Source: Eledone cirrhosa
Lineage: Eukaryota
Length of the DNA: 64,000 nt
Direction of reading: 5' to 3'
Assembly (NCBI GenBank): GCA_964016885.1
Contig: OZ024740.1
Location: 289,602,001-289,666,000, forward strand
Part shown: positions 41,887 to 54,766 of the stretch, in pieces
Numbering within the stretch: the stretch's first letter is position 1
Layout of the letters: each line of letters opens with the position of its first letter
The notes under the pieces: model-generated
The model's database searches: none
What the model saw: the letters and a program-made list of their open reading frames with translations, nothing else
What the model was told of the DNA's origin: nothing
Translations under genes and position numbers: made by a program

Positions 41887-42640
41887 GTATATATATGTGT
41901 GTGTGTATATATGTGTATATATGTGTGTATATATATATATGTATGTGTGTATGTGTGTATATATATATGTATATGTTTATATATGTGTGTGTGTGTGTGT
42001 TGTATGTGTAGATGTATATATATATATATTTTCTTGATATATTTCTTTTTTCTTTTTTCTTTTTCTTTTCTTTTCTTTTTATATCTAAGTTTATAGATAC
42101 ATCTATAAATAAGCAGTCTGCCGAAACCGTTGAATACTGACCTCTCCCCCCCTCCCACCTAATTTCTGTATCTTGATCTAAATGTGTGTTGCAGTGTATA
42201 TGAGCGTGCATTAATATCCATATGCTTATGATAATACTATATCCACATATATATGTGTGTGGGGGTATGTGTGTGTGTGTATGTTCGTGGTTGTGTGTAT
42301 GTTTATGCATATGCGCGCGTGTGTGTGTAAGTGTACGGATATGTGTGAGTATGTGAATATGTGTATACTTTTATTTCATATTTATGTGTCTATACGCATT
42401 TTATCTGTGGATTGTAAACTTACAGAGACATTAGCCTTGAATTTTTGTATTTGCATACATCTTTTTGGCATGCGTATGCATATGAGCATATATCTTTGTA
42501 TAAATATGTGTATGAAGTTAATTACATGTATATACACACACCAAACTGCATAAAATTTTTTGTATTTTCATTGGTCAATTTGAACTCCGTTCCCAAACGG
42601 ACCTGAAATTTTGAATTGTTGTTATTATCAATAAATATAT

Positions 42641-42795
42641 TTCATTATTTCTGAAGACGGCATATATGTGTGTTTGGTATGTATATTTAATCTTGATAGT
42701 TTGTATAATTTTGTATAATTTTGTACATAGATCTGTTGAATATGCATGCCAATTCTAACACATATATATCCTAGAAACGATCGTTAAATAATGAA
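42641..42795 (+). ncRNA. Type I hammerhead with 116-nt stem II (PLE A pLTR)
   Basis: TTCATTATTT-CTGAAGA-[116 nt hairpin]-GAAA-CGATCG-TT-AAATAATGAA; perfect 10-bp stem I. Confidence 0.87.
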
Positions 42796-42849
42796 CTTTT
42801 TTTGTTTAATATAAGGAACTGTTTCATTGTTTTATTCATTATTTTTTTA

Positions 42850-42919
<70 letters not shown>

Positions 42920-43454
42920 TATATATATGTGTCACCACCACTATGATGGTGGCAGGAGGGATGAAGAAAAAACACACACTGGATACTTCTAAATTGTTAG
43001 CAGCAGCAAGATATAAGCTGACCACAACACCAACAACACTACCAAAATAATGGTAGAGGTCAAATGTGCTGAACAATAGCAAGCAAAAACACTACAGGGA
43101 GCCTCACCCCAGAAAGAATTCTATAGACTTCTGACTGAGGAATACTCTCAGAACTGACCAATGGGAAGTTTGACACTTTTTTTGTTATTTTGTTCCTTTA
43201 ACACCTTGTCCCTTCTACCATTTTATCAATTTTTTAAGCTAACTCCAACAATAACAACACTTAGAATGAGGAATGTTCTAATAACTGACCAATGAGAGGA
43301 GAAGAGGACCTTTGACACTGAAATTCGTTTGTGTTAATTCATATGACTCCAGTTCCTCAGTGAAATAACAACCCAACAAGGAACTGGGCATATCAGAGTA
43401 TTGACAATATTATACACCTCAACATATGTAATTGTCTATACCATACTAATTCAA

Positions 43455-43509
43455 ACTGCCTGAAGAGGTCACAGCCAAAGATGGCTGTCACTGAAATATA
43501 TATAGCAGT
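43455..43509 (+). ncRNA. Minimal type I hammerhead followed by AATAAA
   Basis: ACTGC-CTGAAGA-GGTCACAGCC/GGCTGTCACT-GAAA-TATATA-TA-GCAGT-AATAAA. Confidence 0.88.
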
Positions 43510-43553
43510 AATAAACGAAGCTAAATTTTAATCATTTGACTTTTATTTAACTT

Positions 43554-43593
<40 letters not shown>

Positions 43594-43613
43594 CATTCAA
43601 AGTTATGGATGTC

Positions 43614-43688
<75 letters not shown>

Positions 43689-43695
43689 TATATAA

Positions 43696-43755
<60 letters not shown>

Positions 43756-44577
43756 CATTAAAAGTTATGGATGTCATATATATATAGGTTATACATACAT
43801 ACACACACAGACACATATATATATATATATATATTTACACAAATCCCACACATAGACAACATGCAGACCCCCCCCCCCCCCACATATATATATACACAAA
43901 GTCCGTAATTCTATAAAAAGGTGAGTCTGTTTCTTTAATTAGTTTAAGTCTTAATTAGTCTGTTTAATTTAAATGATCAATCAAGAGTGTGACCCATGTT
44001 CATAGGTTATGAAGGCAATCGGGTTGCATATGTTGAAAGTAATTTTATCATTAAGGCTAACTAATTAACCTCAATCAACACAGTCTTTCAGCCTAAAGAA
44101 AAAATAACCTCCCCCACAGATACGCTGTCTTGCACCCACGCACCTCAACACGAACGTACTAATGTTTATATGCACTGATTCATACATTGTATATATATAT
44201 ATATATATACACATACCGATACTTAACCAACATATACAAGTTTTTATATATTCATAATACGAGGGTCAGCTGAAAAGGTCAAAATGACCAAATGAGGTTT
44301 ATTTTTCAACATAGAAAGAAACAATGGAGTTGTTAATAAGAAAAGTTGAAATTAATGATTTCTACTATAGGCACAAGGCCAGCAGTTTGGGGAAAGGGGA
44401 AAGTCAATTAAATTGATCCCAGTGCATTACTGGTGCTTTATTTTATCGACTCCATACGGATGAAAGGCAAAGTTAACCTCGGCAGGATTTGAACTCAGTA
44501 CGTAAAGGGCCATAACTCTATGCTGCAAAGCATAGTGTCTGACGCTATACCGATACTGCTAATCCACCGTCCTAAGA

Positions 44578-45354
<777 letters not shown>

Positions 45355-45364
45355 TATATATATA

Positions 45365-45737
45365 CACAGAGGTATCCATGTAAGTTGTGGGGTCTATACT
45401 GTATGAAGAACTCAATGTAATCCATATGTTGAAAATGTTGTAGGTTAAGATAAATCTCAGAAAACAATAAAACATTAAAAGGAAAACAGAGTCATGATAT
45501 AGGTTAAAACAATGAAATAAAAAATCAAGTCATTAGAGATATACTTCACTGCTTTACGATCGTTTCTAGATGGTGATAATACATTGTATCTATACTCAGT
45601 TATTGATCTATGTAAGTTTACAAACTATCAGATAGAGAGAATATTTACTTACATGCATATCACCAGCTGTTTTCAAAAGCAATAATAATTTTATTCAATA
45701 ATAATTTTACTCAGAATTAGTATCATGTCCATATTTG
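45365..45737 (-). mobile_element. PLE family B pLTR, inverted copy
   Basis: Matches the reverse complement of 50586-50780; shares gaactcaatgta with the family A 5' region. Confidence 0.8.
45545..45685 (-). ncRNA. Type I hammerhead variant: U3-A8 core, 103-nt stem II (PLE B)
   Basis: TTATTGCTT-TTGAAAA-CAGCTGGTGATA...TATCACCATCTA-GAAA-CGATCG-TA-AAGCAGTGA. Confidence 0.78.
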
Positions 45738-45762
45738 TCTATTTTTTTCTTTTTATAATTAA

Positions 45763-46581
45763 CTAGCAGTAAAGCCCGGCGTTGCTCGGGGTCGCTCAGT
45801 AGCTGTGTTAAAGTTACAATGTTAAGTTTCTTTCTTGGCTTAAAAACTGCAGTGTCTACTGTGCAGACTTGCATGTGGTGTTTTTGATTAATATTCCCTC
45901 AACCAACAATATGCCTTATGAAGTTAAGAAAACATAACGATAACCCGAATGTTATAACAAAAGAGGATGCTGGGGATAAAAACTGCACTGGTTATTTATT
46001 AACAAAGATCGAAAATGTAAACACTGCAACGCAGAGGAAAACATTAGCGTAACCAAATTATCAGTTATGTCTGTCTGCACGCCTATATCACCTCTCTGCA
46101 CGACTGTCTGTCTGCACGCCTAACGAAATTTACAGATACATATATTTTAAATAAACTTATATAATTTTTGCTTTTTTTTACGAAATATTTGCTTGTTTTA
46201 AATAGTTTTTAAATAGACTTGTTTTCAAGTAAAAATATTGTTTTAAAAGGCTTGTTTTACGTAGTCTTTAAATCGTGTATTGTGTTAATGTCATTTTAAA
46301 CGCTGAGAAAACCAGCGTAATTTTTTTAATTTTTGCACGCAGACGCTCAATGTAAACAGAACAAAGGGAAATAACTAATCACTTACGCTCAAACATCGAT
46401 ACATTATATTCGATTTCGTCAGATAGGGCGGGTCAATTTGAAATATTTTTTTTCCGATGTCTTCGCTAGGGCTCAATGTACAAGTATAGCAATTTCGGTG
46501 CAATTCCGTGAGAGATTCTAAGAGGAGATGTGTGCCAAAAATCGATAGACAGACAGACAACCTCAGTTTTATATATATAGA
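45763..46581 (-). mobile_element. Non-autonomous Helitron, about 820 bp
   Basis: A|TC 5' end, hairpin cccgagcaacgccggg, CTAG|T 3' end, no TSD. Confidence 0.9.
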
Positions 46582-46795
46582 TTATAAAAAGAAAAAAATA
46601 GATTTTAAGTTATCGTGGAACACCATTCTACAAAAAACTCCATATCTTGGAAACAGGAAGGAATGCAGATTATGTTCAGGCGAGATCTTGGAAATTATTA
46701 AATCTAAGGACGATTTATTAAATAAAAGACGAGAATTGATCATAGTCTGTAATCACCGTATACGAAAAACATTTAAATACTATAAACCTAATTAA
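46582..46795 (+). pseudogene. PLE family B ORF 3' end (C-terminal GIY-YIG region)
   Basis: LSWNTILQKTPY..KECRLCSGEILEIIKSKDDLLNKRRELIIVCNHRIRKTFKYYKPN*, homologous to the family A C-terminus. Confidence 0.9.
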
Positions 46796-47104
46796 ATATT
46801 CTAAATAGCAACTCACTATAATTCCGTATAGAATAACATTTATTAGTACCTCTTTCCCCTAATTATATGCTTTCATGGTTATTTTTGACTTTTAATGTTT
46901 TAGCTTCCTTAGATTTATGCGTTAATGACTAAAGATAACAAGATACACAGCCACCCGTAATTGTATGAGTAAAAATAAACATCTATGTATGATATGGAAA
47001 TATATTTGTGTGTGTATATATTTGTGTGTGTATATATATATATGTATATATATATATATGTATATGTATATATATGTATATATATATGTATATATATATA
47101 TATG

Positions 47105-47144
<40 letters not shown>

Positions 47145-47189
47145 TGTGTATATATGTATGTATGTATGTATATATGTATGTATTATGTC

Positions 47190-47806
47190 AGGTCACCAGT
47201 TGGTCACCAGTTGGTGCTACTGGTAACATGTATCCCAGTACAACCTGTCTCATGGTCGGGTCGTTGGCGACTAAACTGGCAACCCCACCAAGGTTTCTTG
47301 GTGAGGAGGGTGACTTTGGACATCCTGCAGGACTAAAAACAAGACCTGTCAAAGGGCAAAGGAGCTCTTAAGAGTCAATGGCCATCCAAAATCACAGGGA
47401 GAGATGACCCCTTAGCCTTTGTCAAGACAGAATTCTAGGAGAAGGAAAACTCTGATATAACACCTGCAACCCTGAAGGTATCCAATGATGTTGACTTGTT
47501 CTTCTTTTTGGTAAATATCATCTTGGTTAAGAGAGTGGGACTGGCTTTGTGCAGTGCCTTTGCTCACTATAAAAGCTTCACGGCACAGGCATTGCTTTAT
47601 ATCTGGAGATATCTCTGCACTTGTCCTCACATGGTACCATGGGCCCAGCACTATATGTCAATAATGGTCACATGTGGGGTGTTGGTGCCAGAGTTTTCAA
47701 GTCGCTGGCTGGACTAAAAAGTCACACTCGTTCAGCGCATCGGTAGGTGTTCTCCTACATGGATATAAAGTAGTGGCCATACTCGAAAACGAGTTGGCAG
47801 CCACCA
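47190..47806 (+). mobile_element. Bipartite RTE-derived non-autonomous element, copy 1
   Basis: RTE-like 5' UTR (ctaggagaaggaaaactctg) joined to a C2H2 remnant and 3' hairpin ctcgaaaacgag; ends in (AT)n. Confidence 0.65.
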
Positions 47807-48259
47807 TATATATATATATATATATATATATGTTTATGTATGTGTATATATGTATATGCTTATGTATGTATGTGTGTATGTGTATGTATGTATATGTATA
47901 TATATGTATATATATATGTATGTATATATATCTATATATGTGTATATATAAATATATATGGGTGTATATATATATATGTGTGTGTATATGTGTATATATA
48001 TGTATATATATATATAAATGTGTGTATATATATATATATGTGTGTGTGTTTGTGTGTGTGTATATGTGAGTATAGGTGTATGAATGTTTATGTATGAGCA
48101 TGTGCACATGTACGAGGAGTGTACATATACTCACACAAGTGTGTGTGTATATATATAGATGTGTATGTGTGTGCGTGTGTTGTATATATATATATATTTA
48201 TATATATATATATGTGTATATATATGTATATATCTGTATATATATATATGTGTATATAT

Positions 48260-48828
48260 GGTACAACCTGTCCCATGGTCGGGTCGTTGGCGACTAAACT
48301 GGCAACCCCACCAAGGTTTCTTGGTGAGGAGGGTGACTTTGGACATCCTGCAGGACTAAAAACAAAACCTGTCAAAGGGCAAAGGAGCTCTTAAGAGTCA
48401 ATGGCCATCCAAAATCACCGGGAGAGATGACCCCTTAGCCTTTGTCAAGGCAGAATTCTAGGAGAAGGAAAAATCTGATATAACACCTGCTACTTTGATG
48501 GTATCCAATGATGTTGACTTGTTCTTCTTTTTGGTAAATATCATCTTGGTTAAGAGAGTGGGACTGGCTTTGTGCAGTGCCTTTGCTCACTATAAAAGCT
48601 TCACGGCACAGGCATTGCTTTATATCTGGAGATATCTCTGTACTTGTCATCACATGGTACCATGGGCCCAGCACTATGTGTCAATAATTGTCACAAGTGT
48701 AGTGTTTGTACCAGAGTTTTCGAGTCGCTGGCTGGACTAAAGTCACATTCGTTCAGCTCATCGGTAGGAGTTCTCCTACATGGATATAAAGTAGTGGCCA
48801 TACTCGAAAACGAGTCGGCAGCCACCAT
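48260..48828 (+). mobile_element. Bipartite RTE-derived non-autonomous element, copy 2
   Basis: Direct repeat of copy 1; encodes [19 protein letters not shown]. Confidence 0.65.
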
Positions 48829-49067
48829 GTGTGTGTGTGTGTTGTATATATATATATTTATATATATATATATGTGTATATATATGTATATATCTGTATA
48901 TATATATATGTGTATGTATGTATGTATGTATGTATGTATGTATGTATGTATGTATGTATGTATGTATATGTGTGTATATATGTATGTACATGTGTATATA
49001 TGTATCTATGTATGAGTGTGTGTGTGTGTATATATATATATATGTGTATATATATATATATATATAC

Positions 49068-49806
49068 CTGAGGTATATGGTCTTTAATGAAATGCCTACG
49101 ACGGTTGGAAGACCACTGATGAAGGACAAACTTTTTCATATGTAACCCATTTGCAACGCCGCAGCTCCATTATTATCATATTTACACATATATTTTTTCC
49201 TCTGCTGCTACCCGTCTGTTTCGTTCTTTGTATCTTTACCCTTCTAGCAGTCTCTCTTTCTCTCTGTTAGCCTCTTCCTCACCTTTCACTCACTCATTCT
49301 CTGTCACTACCTCTCCTCCTCCCATTTCTTCCCGTTTGACCTGTCCGTAATCCTTTTCTCGCGCGTTCTTGGCCAAGCCGGTATGAATTTTTTTTGTCTC
49401 TCTCTCTCTCTCGTCTGCAACTTCACAGAACTTATGTTTACCGAATTCGCAGACCAGACCCCTTCTTCCCCCCGTTAGACCTGTGCGAAATTCCTTCCTT
49501 GCTCACATTTCAACCAGGTTTGATGGTCTTTATTCTCTCGTTCACGATTTCACCGAATTTATATTCATAGAAATCTGGGACTTGTTTCTTTCTTCATCAC
49601 TTTCTGTTGCTTAAACCATTTTATTTGTTTACCCTAGCGTCCCCTTTATTTACGTGTCCCAACGACTTTTTTTAGCCGTTGCTCGCACCAAGCTGAGGTA
49701 TATGGTCTTTAAAGCGATGAAATGCCTACGACGGTTGGAAGACCACTGATGAAGGACAAACTTTTCATATGTAACCCATTTGCAACGCCGCAGCTCCATT
49801 ATTATC

Positions 49807-49808
<2 letters not shown>
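49068..49808 (+). mobile_element. 625-bp monomer with about 113-bp terminal redundancy in (AT)n
   Basis: 49068-49180 repeated at 49693-49808; repeat contains CTGATGA. Confidence 0.75.
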
Positions 49809-49837
<29 letters not shown>

Positions 49838-50621
49838 CATATATAAATGAAAGGTATAGAAAGGTATAGAAAACACTGCAGCGAAAAGCCACCAGCACTC
49901 CATAATATATATACATATATGTATGTCGATGTGTATATGTATATATGGGGTATAGATGTGTATGTGTGGATATAGATGTGTATGGATATGTATATATATG
50001 ATTATATGCATGCGTGTGGATGTATATTTTGGTTTGATATCAATATAACTGTACCTCTCTCTATATGTGGTGTGAATATATGCACTTTGTAGACTATGAA
50101 ATTTATGTGTTTTAACTATGCCAACATGTAGTTATCTGAGTTTGATTGTTTATGCATAAACATATTTAGTAATATTTTAGAGCGTATAATATGTTATATT
50201 ATACTGAGTGCAATTTACCACACCGTCCTATATTGTGTTGGTTAAGTTGTATATTATCGCATTACTATATCTCATTATCTTATTATAATTTTCATCTTTT
50301 AATATACTATCTTTCCTAGCCATAGATTTAATTTATATTCACCTTAAAACTCAATACAACACTAATCACCATTTATTTTGACATTCCTTTTAAATTCACT
50401 ATACAAGATACATTCAACTATCAGTTTGACAATCCTCTCCCTTCCTAATAGATTTTTATGCCATTTCTACTAACACCTCTCAACCATTTCTTTCAAAGGG
50501 TCATGACCTCAACTAAAGTATATTACTTTTCATCTTAACACCATATGAAAAAAACAATTTGATTCGTTAGTTCATCAACTACCTCCAAATATGGACATGA
50601 TACTAATTCTGAGTAAAATTA

Positions 50622-50732
50622 TTATTGCTTTTGAAAACAGCTGGTGATATGCATGTAAGTAAATATTCTCTCTATCTGATAGTTTGTAAACTTACATAGA
50701 TCAATAACTAGAAACCATCGTAAAGCAGTGAA
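50622..50732 (+). ncRNA. PLE B hammerhead variant (U3-A8), damaged copy
   Basis: TTGAAAA core; 30-nt deletion in the 3' arm of stem II; palindrome changed to CCATCG. Confidence 0.65.
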
Positions 50733-50787
50733 GTATATCTCTAATGACTTGATTTCTTATTTCATTGTTTTAACTTATATACATATA

Positions 50788-50877
<90 letters not shown>

Positions 50878-51082
50878 AGTTAAAACAATGAAATAAAAAA
50901 TCAAGTCATTAGAGATATACTTCACTGCTTTACGATCGTTTCTAGTTATTGATCTATGTAAGTTTACAAACTATCAGATATATATTTATCCTTATCGAGC
51001 CCTCTTTGGATTTTAGTCTTCAAATTTATTATTATTACTATTTGGCTCCCTCGGTCGAGCACTCTATTGACTTATATTCTTC

Positions 51083-51440
51083 ATGCAGAAACAACATCTG
51101 AATATTTTTACAAAGAACTTACCCGTACCAAGCAGGAAAACATACCTAAAACTCCTGATACAGAAAACAGATGCGTTCATTAAAAAGTTGCGTTGGCGTG
51201 CCTTTTATTTCGATAATCAGAGAAAAGCAGACAACAAACAGGATAAATTTGGGTTTAAAACCTATAATAACCCTTAGAAAATGATGTCTTGGAACTCATA
51301 CGGAGTATCAAATTTCGGAATAGGAGCAATTATTTCCAGCAGAACCTGAAGAATAGAATCCGTTCTATTAAGGATTCTAATGCCGTGCACGTCCATTCCG
51401 ACAAAACTGGCAATCTATATCAAGTGGAGCGCAGTACTTA
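51083..51440 (+). pseudogene. PLE ORF N-terminal fragment (probably family B)
   Basis: TKNLPVPS..KKLRWRAFYF, then after a deletion ENDVLELIRSIKF..VHSDKTGNLY; flanked by 56-bp direct repeats. Confidence 0.85.
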
Positions 51441-51487
51441 TCCTTATCGAGCCCTCTTTGGATTTTAGTCTTCAAATTTATTATTAT

Positions 51488-51541
<54 letters not shown>

Positions 51542-51850
51542 ATATATATATACACACATACATATATATATACACACACATACATACATACATACACACG
51601 CACACACATATATATATGAACTTGTTTTGCAAGGTTTTTTATATGAAATCGTGTGTTGAAACAAATATTGTTATATTTTGGAGGGTCATATTGTTATAAT
51701 AGTGCCAAAAATAATAATAAAGCAGACTCATTGTTTGGTTTGGATTGGTTTTCGCTTCTGTATCTTTTATATCTCCATAGTTAATTTACCTGGCAATCAA
51801 TGTTTCTCATTGATTGACGACCGGTTAAAAATACAGATATATATATATAT

Positions 51851-52169
51851 AGTATAAAAGAGAAAACACAGGTAAGCATTAAGAGAAGGATTTTATCCAG
51901 GTATTTACGACCGTTTCATTGGTAAGTGCAACCTTACATTGCTATACTGCAAATAGCAGCCACTCAATTATAATTGTTGTTCAGAATTATTAAGAATTAT
52001 TTCAAGAGTAACTCACTATTTTGAAAATTTGAACTGTGAACAACAATTATAATTGAGTGGCTGCTATTTGCAGTATAGCAATATAAGGTTGCACTTACCA
52101 ATGAAACGGTCGTAAATACCTGGATAAAATCCTTCTCTTAATGCTTACCTGTGTTTTCTCTTTTATACT
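51851..52169. repeat. 133-bp inverted repeat carrying the 3' half of a hammerhead
   Basis: Arms 51851-51983 and 52037-52169, one mismatch seen; GAAA-CGGTCG-TA at 52103-52114. Confidence 0.88.
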
Positions 52170-52301
52170 TTATACTCCAAGATTGAACGGAATTCTTACA
52201 AACTTGTGGAGTTACCCCTAACCGTACGTTGAAACCATCCATGAAACTGGCTTTCTTAACCAAAAACTGGATCACAACAAGCCATTTTTTGCTTCTCTAA
52301 C

Positions 52302-52333
<32 letters not shown>

Positions 52334-52350
52334 ATGAAAGAACTTTGATA

Positions 52351-52421
<71 letters not shown>

Positions 52422-52520
52422 CTATCAAATTTCTTTCGTCACACACCTGGGACATCCTCAGTGGTACTATCATGTTTCCTCCAGTTGTATTGCAATGTCT
52501 ACGCCAATTTTTATTTTATT

Positions 52521-52567
<47 letters not shown>

Positions 52568-52744
52568 TTCTTGTCTCTGTCTCTGTTTGCGCATGCGTTT
52601 GCATGTATTTTCTGTGTGTTCGTTGTCTGAGTCTATGTGTGTTTGTATTCTATCTTTGTTCACTGGTGTGTGTTTATGTATGGTTGTTATTGACTTGTGT
52701 ATATTTATTTATCTATATTTACCTTAGGTCAATATGACCCTCCC

Positions 52745-52843
<99 letters not shown>

Positions 52844-54069
52844 TATATATATATTCACACACGAAGCTTAAACCTGTATGCATTGCTTCCACGAACAGGG
52901 GACCTTGAGATCAACCTTCAGTAGAGACATGACAACTATACCCCCTTTTGTTGTTTGTGTTGAACCATCACCTTTCAATGCGGAAAACAAATAATTAAAC
53001 TTTTCTAGGCTTCATAATATGGGACAGTGTCAATAGAGTCTTTACATAGATAACATTACTACAACTGAATCGTAAAGACTATGCTTCCTATTTAAAGCTA
53101 GAGATTGCTGCAGTTCTATCAATAACTAACTCACTACGAACTACAAATATATTAAGTAATGGACTACTGATCACATATATCGGACATTGCTGCTACTGTT
53201 ACACAAACCAATACCCCAGAACCCATTCAAAAGAAAGTAATTTGATTGATTAGCAAAGACTCGCCCCACTCAACACACTACAACCATAGGCTCACAGACG
53301 TGCTGTTTCTTTTATCTGTCACTTATAATATCGTTAATTCAATGGCCGATACATCTGAATTAGCAAATTACATACGACAGCCACCGCCAACCCCTTACAC
53401 CCACGGCAACCCCTCTCACCCTCTCTCCTCTCCTCTCTCTATTAGCCTTAGACTTCTAAAGGTCATGGCCATCGATCTCCCGTTCCGACTAATTACTTAA
53501 CAACAACAACCACCTCCACCACCACCACAACAACAACAACACTTACATTCTAGTATAGTCCCCGATACAAAAGTAATTTGTGTTGCAATGTTTGTGAATG
53601 TATTTTTACTGCATTTGATTTTTCATGCAACTCATCTGCGTGTTTTTACATAATCAATATCTCTTAATGCATGTACTGTGTTTCATATAAATAGTTCATT
53701 TCTTTTATTCTAATGTTTTCCGATGCTAAATACAGCTGGTCACCTTTTTAATAGCCAAATAACCTCAAGAAAAGTTCAAAAATAAAACAACAATGAAAAG
53801 TCTATTTTGCTGAGTAATAATATTTATTACCAATTTAAACTTCTTAGTTCACACGCAATCAATGAAGCAAGCAAACATGTGCCAAAATAGTGACACCTAA
53901 CTTTTTAAGCATTGGATAGTTTTGAAGGAAGGGAATGATGAGAGTAATGCACACTAATTATGTAATATCTGATGTTTATACATTAATCTATCGGCATCTC
54001 TTATATATCTTTATATCTATCTATCTATCTATATAATATATATATATATATATAAATATATATTATATG

Positions 54070-54132
<63 letters not shown>

Positions 54133-54181
54133 AAGTATATATATGTATGTATATATATATATGTATATATATATATGTATA

Positions 54182-54362
<181 letters not shown>

Positions 54363-54705
54363 ATTCACACCAGCTGATGCTGACAGTAAATTATAAGTAC
54401 CTTCATTTAGTAGCCGACAATACTAAACCCAAATCCTATTAACACAAAGAAAACACATTCTGTCCACTATGTAAATTAATGGCTGACAAAGTAAAGTGCC
54501 AAACCAGTCTTTGTACCCTAACTACTTGCATTAGCTCACTATTCTGAGATCACGGTATGTGAATACGTATGACAATCGCACGTACATGCGCATATCTATT
54601 TATACAGTCATAGGGGCATACGTAAACACGCACACACACACACATACACACGCACACACACACACATGTCCGTCTTTCTCCCTCTTTTTCTTTCTCTCCC
54701 TCTCT

Positions 54706-54766
<61 letters not shown>

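Larger units (their letters stand above)
35064..42857 (-). mobile_element. Penelope-like element family A: 6452-bp unit with 373-bp redundancy and an inverted pLTR/3' UTR copy
   Basis: 35064-35436 matches 41516-41888; 41889-42857 is an inverted copy of about 36083-37045; hammerheads in both pLTRs. Confidence 0.92.
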
